From Phoronis australis (lineage: Eukaryota; Animalia; Phoronida), in assembly GCA_002633005.1 (NCBI GenBank), contig NMRA01000221.1, positions 142,398 through 186,211 of the forward strand: 43,814 nucleotides of DNA. The letters are read 5' to 3'. Made by a program: the position numbers and the translations under genes. Below the pieces are notes generated by a model. That model ran no database searches. It had not been told where the DNA came from and was given only the letters and a program-made list of their open reading frames with translations. This document shows positions 1 through 12,711 of the stretch, piece after piece (position 1 is the stretch's first letter; the number at the start of each line of letters is the position of its first letter).

Positions 1-93
1 GGCCTCTGACATAGAAAGTAGTTACAAAGCCGTGGAGAGTCAGAAAAGGTAAATCGATTCATTGCAATGTTTCTCGTTTAGTATGTGGTATAA

Positions 94-257
94 ATAGATT
101 ATTACATGTTCTCAGCCGTTATCCCCCTTATCTAGAGCCCTCGTGGATTTTGGAGAATTATCACCCTCGGGGCTGACGCCCCTCGGGCGATAATTCTCCA
201 AAATCCACTCGGGCTCTAGATAACGGGGGATAACGACTTCGCCATGTAATAATCTAT
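94..257. mobile_element. Short palindromic (foldback) MITE-like element
   Basis: ATAGATTATTACATG at 94-108 is the reverse complement of CATGTAATAATCTAT at 243-257. The inner arms (CGTTATCCCCC..TCTAGAGCCC..GTGGATTTTGGAGAATTATC / GATAATTCTCCAAAATCCAC..GGGCTCTAGA..GGGGGATAACG) also pair, giving a ~165-bp hairpin. Confidence 0.8.
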
Positions 258-1354
258 ATGTATATATCTCTATGTATATAAGTTTCATTTATGAATTGTT
301 TACAACCCAGATATAATGCTTCGCGGTTTCTGGGTTTGTTATTATTTCTTTGTATGTTCTGTGTATCCTTCAATAAATATATATCACAGTGAAAACAAAA
401 TGAAAAAACAGAAGCTGTTGGTAAGATGTGAATCACTCAGAAACTCGCAATACTCTCTTTGTCAGACCTTATCTTAAGACGATTTCCAAAGCAATCCCGT
501 CATTATTGCTAACACGAAAAACGTATTTGGTCTTTTGGGCATTTTAAATACGACAAATTTGTTAAGAATTGATGGCACAAAATATAAAACGTGTAATAAG
601 CATTACAAAAAGAAGTAGGTTCGCGCGCAAACGCTGTCAGTGGACCATAAACAAGTAGGTCTCTTAGTATGAGAAAAGTAGTAAAGTCGTGGTGGTGTAG
701 AGGTAACGCACGCGCGCATTATTCTCCATGTCGTGAGTTCGAGTCTTTGGTACTTGAAGTTTTTCCTGTTTGACACGCTCTCATTTTTTTTGCCTTTTTT
801 CTTGGATAATACTTCAGGAATCAAGGAAAATGCTTGATTTTTAGAGGTAAAAACAGAAAAATTTCCTGGGCGGGAGGGGCAAACCCCCCTCCCGACCTCC
901 CCCCATTAGGTGCTATGCGCATCTACAATCGTGGTTCAGTTTGCGCAAATGCTTACAGCCGGACAAAATGTTGCCCTCCCCTTGTGATATCCTAGATCCG
1001 CCACTGAAACTGTTGTAAGCCGGAGTAAGACAACAACATATGTAGGAAAGTGGGACACAACGAAATAGCTCTAAATAAGTGGTAGTAAATGGGATGTAAT
1101 ACTTTAGATCGTGGAATTAAGATTTGTCGTGGGTTGAACACGTTAATTATGTGTGCAAAATGTTTCTCAAGGGATTCAGAAGCTACGTCGATCTGGCTAG
1201 TCTTCAGACTCTGTACAAGAGCGTAATTGTACCTCCTTTTTGTTACTGTGATGTTATGTGGGGTAACTGTGCAGGATAGACTTCAAAAATTACAAAGCAA
1301 GACTGGGGGCTTTTACAATGATTTTCCTATATCTGACCGCCTCGATACACTTTG

Positions 1355-1930
1355 TTGGCTGGCGCGCCTTTCATTTAAACTTGATGGTGTCCAATGCCAA
1401 GCATAGCCTTACTCCTGATTACCTCACTACATTCAAAACAGTCAGATCTTCTTACATTTACAATACTAGAGCCAGTGTATTAAACTGCCTGGTGCCAAAG
1501 ACCTAAAAACAATTATTGCAGCAAAAGAGCTTTTGCCGCAGAGGCGCTCTCGCTCAAAACGTGCTGGGAATTGCCGTCACGAACGCGCCCAATGCCAACG
1601 TCTTCAAACAGAAATACTGGGAATTTGCGCGCGGTGCAGGACTGTAGGCCTCAGCTCATCATTATTTTAATTTATTTAATCTTATTTATTCATCTGATTG
1701 CACATATCTGACAAGGTTTTATAAGTTATATATTTATTTAACTTTTCAATGTAATTGTAAGAAGCTCTGTGTATTTCAAACCGCCGCTCCAGGTCCTCGA
1801 CCCCTTCCCGATGTCTTGGATCTGTTTCAAATCTCCTGAGGCTCCCACGCAAGATTGTGCCAAGTGCATCCTTGGGATGAAAATATACTTCACAAGCGAT
1901 AAGGTGTATAGTTTTTATTGTGAATAAATA
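1355..1930 (+). mobile_element. Decayed 3' end of a CR1/L2-type LINE (ORF2 C-terminus plus 3'UTR)
   Basis: Reading through the stop at 1504-1506 gives ...HSLTPDYL..F...YIYNTRAS..NCLVPK*...KSFCRRGA..QNVL..AVTNAPNANVFKQK, ending TAG at 1645-1647. This resembles the typical CR1/L2 ORF2 tail (APxYL..HxYNTR..LxVP..KSFxYxGA..WNxLP..A.S...FK). GAATAAATA follows near 1922-1930. Boundaries approximate. Confidence 0.6.
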
Positions 1931-3826
1931 GCTTAGGTTACTCTGTACACAGGTAGATAATAGTTTCACTGTTGTTACCACATGCCCGTACCTAAGGAGT
2001 AACACCAGTGCCCGGACGTAACAGGGGGGAGTGACCTGGGCCTCCCTGCAGGCTTGTCATGGCGCGCCAAAGGCATTTCAGGGGCGCCCAAACCCGTTTG
2101 TGCGCCCCAGGACGAGTAACACTTCGGTGTTGCAATCGACCGTTGCGTTGTGAGTCAGGGATGTTTATTTGGTATTGTTCTTTGTTTTGTTTGTTCAACT
2201 TTTGGTCCTGCTGAAGGTTCTCCCCTGGTCCCACCATAAATCCACCTATGTTACTCGTTAATGTTTCGCCATTGACTGTGCGAGTGAGACTCCCGTGAAA
2301 AGTACCCTCCAACAAACGTCAAAGGTGGGGTCAAACTTAACGAGGGTCACTTTTCCACGAGAGAAGGGTCGGTATTGAACTGGCAATTTCAACATTAAAA
2401 GTTGTCACTTATCTGCTGAAAAAATGACCCCGGTCATTTATTCAAAGGAGTCGAAACTTAATATTACAACGACACTCCACAGTTGGCGTTATTGATAGTT
2501 ATGTTTTGACACAGGTACTTTAGGGTAGAGTTCTGTATGCGTTAAAAATATCGATAAGCAAGCGATACTGTGATCGCTTGCTTCGTTTGTAATATCTGGC
2601 AATTTTCTCTTGAAATCTTGTGTGTTCTCGCGTCTTAGTCATAACGGTGTGACTAGTGAATATTCTACTTCCAGCGTAGTGCTCAGCGACTCATCGTCAG
2701 CGATAATTCTTTTGAAAATGCTTCTTTTGGATGAGTTAAAATTTTACTGACAATTTGTTTCGATAGAAACATTTGTTTGTAAGATAACGAAGGTCAAAAC
2801 TGGCGCATGAGATGGGTACTATAGGACGTATATATGTAATGTTGAACTATCTGAGTTCGTGGTCTAATCCTTTTACTGAAAATCAAACTCGGAATGAATT
2901 TTGAAATTTTACATTCTACTATAATATTCAAAGTGAAGAAAAATTTGTATTATTCAGTGCATGGCTTTATTATCGCTTACGCTGATAAATTATCTATCCA
3001 TTCTACTCATTGATGACGCCTAGATTCGAGCTAAAAACTCGAGTAAACTTGATACTTCTGGTAAAAGATAGATTTTTTTAGTTCAGAATCTAAATTATAG
3101 TGTTAATAATAGGGTCATCAAGTACAAGCCAGGATTAAAAAAATGGGTCATTTTCGTGAACCATAGTGTACTGCAGCATAGAATAACAGATATTTATTCT
3201 GAATTCTAATAAAAGTAAATGAAACAGGCAAAAATAATTTCGACTTCAAGCACAAAAATTAAACTGCGGGCCCAGACCTGAGTGTGCTTGTAAATATCGC
3301 AGGTTCTTGTTTGCGGTGATGTTTGTTTTTACTGAGATGTACATAGAAATGAAGGTAAAAAGTTGCGCATTTAATTACCCATCTTTCTGGAGGGCATTAA
3401 TTTTACATACTATCTTTGATAAGTAAGAGTTATTAGTCTTCATACACGCCACTTGTAGGTCACTTATTGCTACATATATGTCTGGAAAGATTTCTGCTCC
3501 GACCATGGTTCATCCTTTTTCTTTGTGTTATTTAGTCATAATAAATAATATGACCCTATTTTTCCAACATTGATCTCGTTTTCTTTACTGCGTCTTTAAT
3601 CTTTGAGATACATAGGTAAATCATAAAAGACAACTGGTATACATGTAATGGCATAAAACAATACAACAAGAATAGGACATAATAAAATAAAACTGAAAAA
3701 TCGAGATTTGAAAATGGACAGTAACAGCAGGACCTCCCGGTCATTACTTGGACCTTCAGGCACCCCGTTCTATAGTGAGTGAATGCAAGTCAACTTTCGT
3801 GAAATGCAATTATAGCCTTATCCAGT

Positions 3827-6800
3827 CTATCTCACTACGCTTGCCGTACCCGAACGCCCCCGATTTCGTATTTTACACTGCACGCGATTCAGTCTGCGTC
3901 TGCTTGCAAGGCACTCTGGGTGGCTCTGGTCACCGTAAAGTCTCTGTCTCATATTTAGCGCATCTGTGTGAAACGTCACGGCAACGTCAAGCTGACCTAA
4001 CCCAGCACGAGCCATTCCAAGATTATTCAGTGTTTTAGCAATTCTTGGGTGGTCGCGTTCGCCAAGAAGTCTGCGTTTCACTTTTAGCGAGTCCATCAAG
4101 AATTGACAGGCGACCTTCTCACGTTTCATCAGGATGTACACAGCTCCGATATTGTTCAAGCACTTTCCAATAATATGATCACATAATTCGCGATCCATTC
4201 TTGCCAATTTCAGCCCACGCTTAAGCTTGCGCATTGCTCTTCCTTCCGATCTCTTTTTAGCGTATATATTCGGGATATACTGCGCGGAATTGTAGTGGTA
4301 TTCATCACCTTTAACTATCAGTATTGCTTCTTTGCCATATGTTAACGCTGAATCCCACTTTCCCATCGCTACGTGCGCGCACATCATGGCGTTTAAGCAA
4401 ATTGAGATGTTCATACTACTTTGATCTCTGTTTACACTCAAATGCATTTCCAGCGATTTTCGTTGGTGTACTAGAGATGTCGTGTACTCTCCCATATCAC
4501 AATATATTTTCCCGATATTCCACAGACTCACAGCAATACTTTGAGAACTATTATTGCGAAATTTTTGTTTCATTTCAATTGCCCTCAATTGGTACCTCAA
4601 AGCTTGCTCTGCCTTTCCTAAAAAGCTCAAAGCTATGCCCACAAAACACAAAATATCAGCAACAGTTACTTTGCTAACATTTTCAAAATCAGTAAGTGCT
4701 TTTTCCAAGTCCAGTGGATCATTTGGGTATTGCACATTTGTGTATGACCGCATCCAGCCTTCAACTATGTTGCACTCAATGAAGGGAACGCAAGTGTCAT
4801 AATCACTTAGGTTCATCCAGTAAGGTTCTGTCTTATTAATCCAATCCAATATCTCTGCATTTTTCGGATGCTCTCTGGTATATCTTTTCAGAATTTCCAG
4901 CTGTTGTGAAGAGTAATCCAAAGACAAATCCGTAGCAAGTAAAAAAAAGTACACAAGAGCAATATTTTCAAAAAGGCCTGACATTTCAGGATGAACACCG
5001 CTTCCGTGTAATCTTTTAGACATTTCTATGGCGTCTTTGCAGTATATTAGCGCTGGGCCAAAATCCCCCATCCGTGTATAAATATTCGCCCTGTTGCTGA
5101 GTAAACACATTATATGAGGATTATCACAGTCACCATATACTTTCTTTGCCATATTAAGCGAAGCATCAGAGTATTGAAGTGCTTTCCCAAATTTGCCTGT
5201 TTCTGTGTGTATTGCAGCAATGTTATCCAGGACTGCAAGTACTTCTTCACAGTCTGCGTTTCCATGTAACAATTTCAAGGAAGAAAGCGCTGCCAAGAAG
5301 AATTTAAGAGCTTCATCGTACTTTTGTAACTTCAAGTACGAGCATGCCACTAATACACAACATTCGGGTACTTTTTTACGATCACAGTGACTAGTTAAAC
5401 ACACCTCTAGCGCCAATTCCGAATATTCCAGTGCCAAGTCATATTTTCCTTCAAAATGATACGTCCGAGATATCAGGTTGAAGCTCTCTTGAACTTCTTC
5501 ATCTGTCTTATCATATATCACTATTTCGTCTTCGTAGGTACATTTCTTGATATTTCTATTGACTTCCACATCAAGCTGCAAACTTTTGGTGACCAAATAC
5601 CTAAAAAAGTAACCACGTGCTTGCTCGTAATGACAGCTGTTTAGCTCTATGACACCCCTCACGTGATCGCTGTTATCATATAAGCTACCGACATGTATTG
5701 TCATTGTAGCGCCATGCACTAGTTTAATAAAATCGACACTGTGAATGAAATCACACAAAGGAAGCATGGTGAAGTAATATCGGTGTATAAGAACTCTCAG
5801 GTTTTCAAAATGTGTGACACTCTCTCGACCTCCGGAATGTTTGTCTTGGGGCAGCAAACTGATCAGCTCGTCCTGACGGCTCTTCTTCAAGTATGTGTCG
5901 AGTCGAAGAAGCGCAGCAATGGATATTACACACATTAAGTTGTGCACAGCTTTGTCAGGCAATATGTTTTTGGACGCCATTTCTTTCAGTATTTCCCAAG
6001 TCGTGCAAGCATTCAAGGCGACACATGATTTAAACAAAGTAACGACAAGTGTGGGCAACCTAAACATACTCTTCTTGATGTCACGAATTGTTTTCGTCGG
6101 CTTGTGGAAATTTAAAACTGGCAGAAACTCGCCAACTAATTGAAGAATCTCAGAAAATGCTTTCTTTTGCACACTGGGGTTATGTTTCACTTGGGAACGA
6201 GCCAAGTTGAATTGTCTGACGAGCTCGTCTGCTCTGCGGCTTCCACAAATCATTACAGTTGAAGTCATTATACGATCGATATTATAACCTTCTTTCAGTG
6301 CAGTGTTATATTCACACAATTGTGCCATACGGTGAGGTGTCCGGATCAGTTCACACCCTTTCTTCCCTTTCCTGTCCGGGCGACCAAGAGGTGTATTACA
6401 CGCGTAAGGTGCGGCGCTGTCAAACTGAAACCCACGAGCTGCAACATCGTCCACAAACCAATTGCCATCTGTGGAGTCGTAGTCATTCAGGGATTTGATG
6501 GCTAGTGATTTAAGCAGAGTTTCCTGGATGTTTAATACGAACAAATGGACCAACCTTGTCAAATTTCTAAAATAAGCTGTGTCTTTTGATTCGTCTTCTA
6601 CGAGAATAGCCCACTCGATATCAGAAAAAGGAGTCATGTCTCCTCTAGCTAGCGACCCTAGTCCTAAGACAGCATATTCTTGTGGTGGTGTACCAAGAAG
6701 GGTAATACTTCCATTCACTAACTCTTGAAAAAAAACACTCATGTGCGCACTTGACCCGGCACATATTGAACTTGTTTTTTCAATGAATTCCTTTTCTGTA

Positions 6801-7224
6801 GACATTCGTACAGAATTGCAAACATCGAGACTATAGTTGCTTCTGATTTCATTCAAAAGTTTCTCAACTTCACCATGAACCGTTTTTCTTATTGCAAGTA
6901 GCTTAAGTTTTATTGCAGTACGGAAGTTTAACGGCGTTTTCCTAGGTTTAAGGGACAACACTTTGAAAAACGCCAATTCAGTTTCCTTTAGCTGTTTTTT
7001 ATAATTACGCATACGTGTTTTGTTTCTTGTTCTCAACAAAGCAGCATTGATGAGTGCTGAAGATTTCACAAAGTTGTCCACGTCTTTCGTCAACAGACCA
7101 CGCTCACGATAGATCGTTCCCATGTCTTTTAATATCTCAGCATCCCTCTCCTGATCATCACGTGACCCATTCTTGAGCGAGTTAGCCAGTGCTTGCTCCC
7201 TTCTGTCCAACGTCGAGAGCCTGC
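3827..7224 (-). CDS. Paralog 1, main coding exon: DUF294/GlnD-like nucleotidyltransferase + helical bundle + TPR array (~1140 aa with upstream exon)
   Basis: 1127-aa ORF with no in-frame ATG at its 5' end. A TTTCAG acceptor (minus strand, AG at 7226-7225) opens the exon at 7224 in phase 1. NTase motif GLGSLARGDMTPFSDIEW at 6611-6664, DIKKSMFRLP/LLRL helical-bundle motifs, and C-terminal TPRs (e.g. HPRIAKTLNNLGMA). Confidence 0.92.
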
Positions 7225-8272
7225 CTGAAACCCATGGGGAATGATACTCTGATTATAATACGTCAACAAATTGTGATGACATTAGCATGACTAAGTTTTG
7301 TTAAACTTTTCAACAAAACCAGCAATCAAAAATAACCGCATTTCAAATAATTTGGGATGAGTCAGTAGTTCATCGCCAGAGTCTTTTATAGAACCTGAAC
7401 ATTTCCACATATTGACTCCAATTCCGATGACGTGCACATTCACAGCTTTATAGCAATGAGTTAGATAAAGGTTGGACAGTTACATGTTGTCATGCATACA
7501 GTAGGTAGGCATTGTACTGTATGTGTGTCATCAAGCATACGTCTATAAGTTGCCACACCATCACTCGAAGATGATTGAGATGAAAAGTCACCTTGGTGTA
7601 TCACTTGAGACAAAATCATGCGCATGTTGAACGGGTCAATTCATAAGAAATATCCACCCGACCCACAAGAAATTGCAACAAAAGGCTTCACAGTGTCACG
7701 AAAATGGTCGCAAGATGACGCAGAATAAGTCGAGCACGTCTAAAACTGGAAAGGCTTCGTCGTCTCCATAAGTAACATATTTGCCTAATTTCATGACAAT
7801 CCGTTCAGAAAGATCAATGATAAAAAGGCAAACAAAATAGCAGAAATGGGGGCACAGCCTAGTCGGATAGTCGGTAATATTTCTCATATTAGCTAAACCG
7901 TTGCCCATTTGGCTTTTAATCAAAGTTGAAGCCTAACAAAAACGGAAAGGAATTTAATTGCTTCACTGTGATTTCATTAAACGTTGATTGTGTTGTCTAC
8001 AGAGTCTGGCAGTGTATGGCCAGTGAATGCTCTCGACTGTGTCTGTGGGGTTACTGATGGGTTCATGTGAAGCGTAATTAGTTTATTTCAGGAGTAAATG
8101 AAGAGATGGCACACTGTGTTGACCAATAATACACCTATTTAACGTGTCCAAAAGTCAGACTTCATGCTGGAATGTACATTTTACCTAAACGTGTACGAAT
8201 TAAGTTTTACCTGATTTACTGCGCTATGAACATTGGATGTCAGTTACTCGTCAATCGAGTGTCTCGACTTAC

Positions 8273-8297
8273 CACTATTTTGAGCTGCTCCCGCCAT
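8273..8297 (-). CDS. Paralog 1, ATG-containing exon (coding part MAGAAQNS+G)
   Basis: Minus strand reads ACA ATG GCG GGA GCA GCT CAA AAT AGT G|GTAAGT. The phase-1 donor joins in frame to the phase-1 acceptor at 7224. The same exon is conserved at 32378-32402. Candidate upstream acceptor TTCTAG at ~8338. Confidence 0.85.
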
Positions 8298-8649
8298 TGT
8301 TTCGTCTGTATTCTTGGTTTCACCAGCTGAAACCTATCTAGAATGTAATTATAAATTTGTTTACTAGTCACTGAGATAGATTTATTTTTTAGACCTGAGC
8401 ATAAAGCAGGAAGAGATGTTCCTGGTGAAGTTTATCCAAATAGAAGTAGCGTGCAATTGAAATCCTTGAACAGCAATTGAATAAATATTTCGTTCAGGAA
8501 AAATAATAGAAAATAAGAGCAATTTTAATGAAAATATAAGACGATGAAATACGCATACAAGTGAATATCTTAGCTTAATGCAGTACAAGAATCCACACAT
8601 GTCAGAATCTTACATAAATGTCAAACAACTACTTAAGTGTACACGTTAC

Positions 8650-9560
8650 AATTCCCCAACCCTGTGGTCAAATTGTGAAATAAGGAGACAGCTGGTGAGT
8701 TGGATTAAGCTAACGACCGATGTTCGTGATTGCCAAATGGTGAAAACAATCAGAATCTTGGTGTTAAACAACTAGTTAGGTGTACACGACGGCCACACCT
8801 GGTGGTCATATTGCAAAACTATCTCAAGAATTAGTTAGTTGGTTAGTTGGCCGACATCCAACATCCAATAGCTGTCCCATCTGGTGGTGATATCGTAATG
8901 CTATTCACGGACAGAAAGCTACACATGTAGTTAGTTGGTTGACATCAAAGACGTAAACAATTAAGGCTATTCACTTTGGCCGCCGCCATTACTGCACCAT
9001 GGACCGTGGCGACACCTAACGTGTTTGTGTGCGCCGACAAAGTATGCTGATTTGGGTTTGTCAAATTCAACATTGTGAAGTGTCTTTGTTAAAAATATTA
9101 GAACAGAAATATGAGCAGTGCAATGGAAAATACACATAGACAAAATATAGAGTATACCAAGAAAAAAGGGGGTTGTAAAGGTAATAAAAATTACGAGAAA
9201 TACATCTTAAGCAAGAGTGCGACTCAGTAATCAGAGGTGATCAGGCGAAAATAGGTAACTGGAGGGTGGGTAGGTACAGAAACTGTAGGATTTTGTCCAG
9301 AGGGGTCAGGGAAGTAATAAATACAAATATTTCTGGGATAATCAAAGAACCTTATTTTTGCTAAAATGACATGAAAAAGGTTGCCTTTCCCTTTAAAACT
9401 ACCCAAAGGAACAGCCAGCTGCTCAGTTGGTTGATATCCAACATCCAATAACTGACCTATCTGGAGGTCAAATCAACTATCCAAGGAGACAGTCCGCTGG
9501 TTTGTTGGTTGAAATTTAACATCCCACCAGGTTGTCAAATTGCAAAACGATGCAAAGGGA
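8650..9560. repeat. Degenerate repeat array (left arm), units with ACATCCAACATCCAATA..CCATCTGGTGGTCAAA
   Basis: Related units near 8660, 8800, 8880, 9460 and 9525. They are reverse complements of units at 11620-11960. Boundaries approximate. Confidence 0.65.
9326..9396. mobile_element. Terminal fragment of the TTAA-flanked MITE family seen at 22059-22467
   Basis: CTGGGATAATCAAAGAACCTTATTTTTGCTAAAATGACATGAAAAAGGTTGCCTTTCCCT-TTAA matches the TIR of the 22.1-22.5 kb element and ends in TTAA. Confidence 0.8.
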
Positions 9561-11619
9561 AACAGCCAGAAAGATGGAGTTGATTGATGTCCGCACACAG
9601 TATGCCCGTTAATTAACAGATGGGGCCAAACTACTCGTGTTTGTTACAACAACTATAGTCCTATACACGCACTATGCCAGGTATTTATTAAATAGGTAGG
9701 TAGGTAGTGTAGATGGGGTCCCACCACTTGTGTCCGTTACAACAAATATAGCTATATATACACTGTGTGCTCGTTTTTAGTAGATGAGATGGTAGTACAC
9801 AGACTTTCTCATCCTAACAAAATACACAGAACTTCTCGAATTACTTGCAACAATTTCAATGTAGTCATACTGTATGCCCTATATTTAGTTGATAGAGTGA
9901 TGGTACCCCGACATTCTCTTACTAACAAAATACACGCAAATGCCCGTTATTTAGTCGATGAAATAAGGCCGGAGTTAAGACAACTGGCAGTCACTATAAA
10001 TATCCGTGATCAATTCAAGCAGAGAATTCAAATTTCAAGCTCGTGGATAGCAGAATGTTTAATTGTTGTGCACATATATACACGGTGTGTAGGTGTTGTC
10101 AACAGTTAGTGCAACCAAATAAAAAAATCGAATTCTCTTGATATGTTGACATGTTTTTCCTAAGTCATGTTGTGTGGATTAATAAATGCATTCAACTTCA
10201 CAATAATCTGTAACGAAATGTATGAACAAGTCAACATCTACGACAAGTGGCGCCTCAGAATTCAAGAATAAAATGCTTTGTGTTGTTGAAGTCATTCTTT
10301 GACTTGTGCACTAATATATGCATCAACTTTATAACAATATATTTTATTTCACTGAATTCTTCATCTAGTATTATCAAAAAATCTCCCTTGGTTGTTAACA
10401 TAACCTTTTGTCAGTGCTGTTATGTGTGGTTTCCTTGGTTTCAGTATGATCAGTTATTCACTTATGAGTGTTCACAGTCCAGATCAATCATCTATTGGCC
10501 CGCCCAACCTAGTCCATTGATTTTGTAGGACCCTTTTACGACTAGCTCATTAACGATCGGTTTACCAATATTAGGTCACTTAAACTATCAATGAATGATT
10601 GTACATGGGGCACAAGAAGACCTACATTCCTTTAATAATTGACAGTGAATGAACACTAGTAACCTGTGGCAGACAGCTGCTTTTCATTTTAAAACCATTT
10701 GAAAGTGGATATGAAAAGCATTGAGTTTTATCTTTAATAGTGGTTTTATTTTGGTTTTAAAATATATTTAAAAACAAATTAAAATTTAAAACTGTTTAAC
10801 TTTCAAAATATTTCTAAAATTGTTTCACATCAGATTCTCTTTTTGAACACGAGTTATTTTCAACTTTTCCGTTTTAAACACAACGTATTTTCAAAATTGT
10901 TTTCTGTGATTTTCTTAATGAACATGTTTAACTTTTAAAATAATTAATCTTCTCTTTTAAAAATATATTGTTTTCTTAGCAATTAAATTCAACTTTGTTT
11001 GGCAAGAGTTGGACACCATACAGGTGTCACTGAAAAGTAAGTCAACTCCAGTTTGATGTACACATATGAAACTTAGACGAATATCTCCACACTGAAACTA
11101 GTAATGACGTATTGTACTAAAATTGAGCTCAGATTGAAATTTGCATTGAGTTTGAAATTTCAATTGTGGAGAACACTGTCCATATCTATACCTCAAAATC
11201 ATTAATATCAAATTCTACTGAGTGCGCTAGGTCATGAAAAATCATGTTCTGTGCTTTGAGGACAATGACACAGCATGAAGTTCAATAACAAGCAATTACA
11301 TCACACCCATTACATCGCCGTTACTTACTGCTTACTGTCCTTCACCTGCCGACGCCTCTTCTTGTGGCTAGAATTATCAACACATTTATCCCGAGGGGCC
11401 AATGACATGTCCATTAATGATATTGCAGATCATAGTGAAATGCATGTGTATGATATTTTAGTGACCTTGAGATCTGTTTGTATCAGCTGCAACTAAAGGG
11501 TTTCACTGAAAAGTTGCAGTTCACAACTGTATTTCAGTATCCCCCATCGGTCTAGCCAGCTCAAAGGTTTCGGTACACACAATTCAAATTTCATTAGTTC
11601 ATTTTCTCAGTCCTGTGGT

Positions 11620-11960
11620 ACAATTTGACCACCAGGTGGGGCAGATATTGGATGTTGGATGTCAACCTAACAATCAGCTGGCTATCATTTGTGAAGTTTT
11701 AAGATTTGACCACCGAGTGGGGCAACTATTGCATGTTGGATGAGAACCAACTAACTACAGCTGAGTAGCTGTCCCTCGCGTTGATAGTTTGAGTACCAGA
11801 GCAACTGTCGGATGTTGGATGCCAAACAACTAACTGCATCTTAGCTGTGTCTGCTTGTGATCGTTTGTCCACAAGGTAGAGCAACTATTGGATGTTCGAC
11901 GTCATCCAACTGGGTAACTGTCCGTCCCTTTTATCGTTTGACCACCAGGTGGCGCAGCTA
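11620..11960. repeat. Degenerate ~65-80 bp tandem array (right arm) carrying CTCF-like motifs
   Basis: About five units of TTTGACCACCAGGTGG..CAACTATTGGATGTTGGATGTCAACCAACT. CCACCAGGTGGCGC at 11942-11955 matches the CTCF core consensus. Confidence 0.7.
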
Positions 11961-12386
11961 CATTGTATTTAACTGAATAATGAATAAGATGGTGCCACTT
12001 TTGATACGATGGACTAGTGCTCTAAGTCAAAAGTTGGGTTTTGGTAGAAATCCTGAATAATTATTTCCGTTACCAGGGGTTTGAATGAAATTTAAAGTAA
12101 CCGGAGCAATTCATAAAAAAAAGTTTTGTAACTCTGTTACATATTGCGAACTACATTCTGGTCAAACTTGAATACTGCGCTTTTCATGTTGTTTCCACCA
12201 CAGAGAATTATTGCTATCTACTGAATATGAATATCAAGTTATATTGTTCAACAAATTCACATCAATGTATGAGATTTTCAACAGGCTGATTTAATTGAAA
12301 TTATTGCAATTTTTGTGAATTTAGTCTAGTAAATTGGAGGTATCAAATCTTTAGCACACCTTTCCCAAACTCACTCTTTTTCTTAC

Positions 12387-12400
12387 CTGATTTATGAAAC
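12387..12400 (-). other. Paralog 1 candidate 5'UTR micro-exon (14 nt) / conserved splice donor
   Basis: Minus strand: CTAAT..TTATCTTTAG|GTTTCATAAATCAG|GTAAGA. The equivalent at 33700-33713 keeps both splice signals and the 14-nt length. Confidence 0.55.
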
Positions 12401-12566
12401 CTAAAGATAAGCGGAGTTTAGTCACATTAGGACGTTACAGTTGTAGTCATGGTTAGCTGTCATTTTCTGCTGTCACTGCGGTTTAACATTCACAGTGAAA
12501 ACGTGCATGATCTCAAAGACGTAATATCTTCAGGCAAACCGCTTTGAAAGTGTCGATCGGTACGTG

Positions 12567-12711
12567 TTTATATATAGGGTGTTTCACGTTTTCCCTGGAC
12601 AATGAGGATACGTATTTAATCGATGTCTGCACAAAGGCTCATTTTTCTAGGAAAAAGTTCAGGGATTCAGCTTATTCGTGTGAACTCGTGTGTACGTCGA
12701 ATTTCCTCGAA
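12567..12711 (-). promoter_or_regulatory. Candidate proximal promoter/enhancer of paralog 1: TATA box + two GAS (STAT) motifs
   Basis: TATATATAAA on the minus strand at 12567-12576, TTCTAGGAA at 12645-12653 and TTCCTCGAA at 12703-12711. All three are retained in the paralogous block at 33896-34023. Confidence 0.5.

Noticed and set aside
1997-2122. GAGTAACAC direct repeat flanking a GC-rich 108-bp segment (hAT-like TSD)
   Set aside because: The left end starts CAGTG but there is no matching right TIR, so it is not supportable as an element.
4324-6505. Plus-strand ORFs inside the large genes (also 25478-28045 and 41372-43361)
   Set aside because: Antisense shadow ORFs of the TPR genes.
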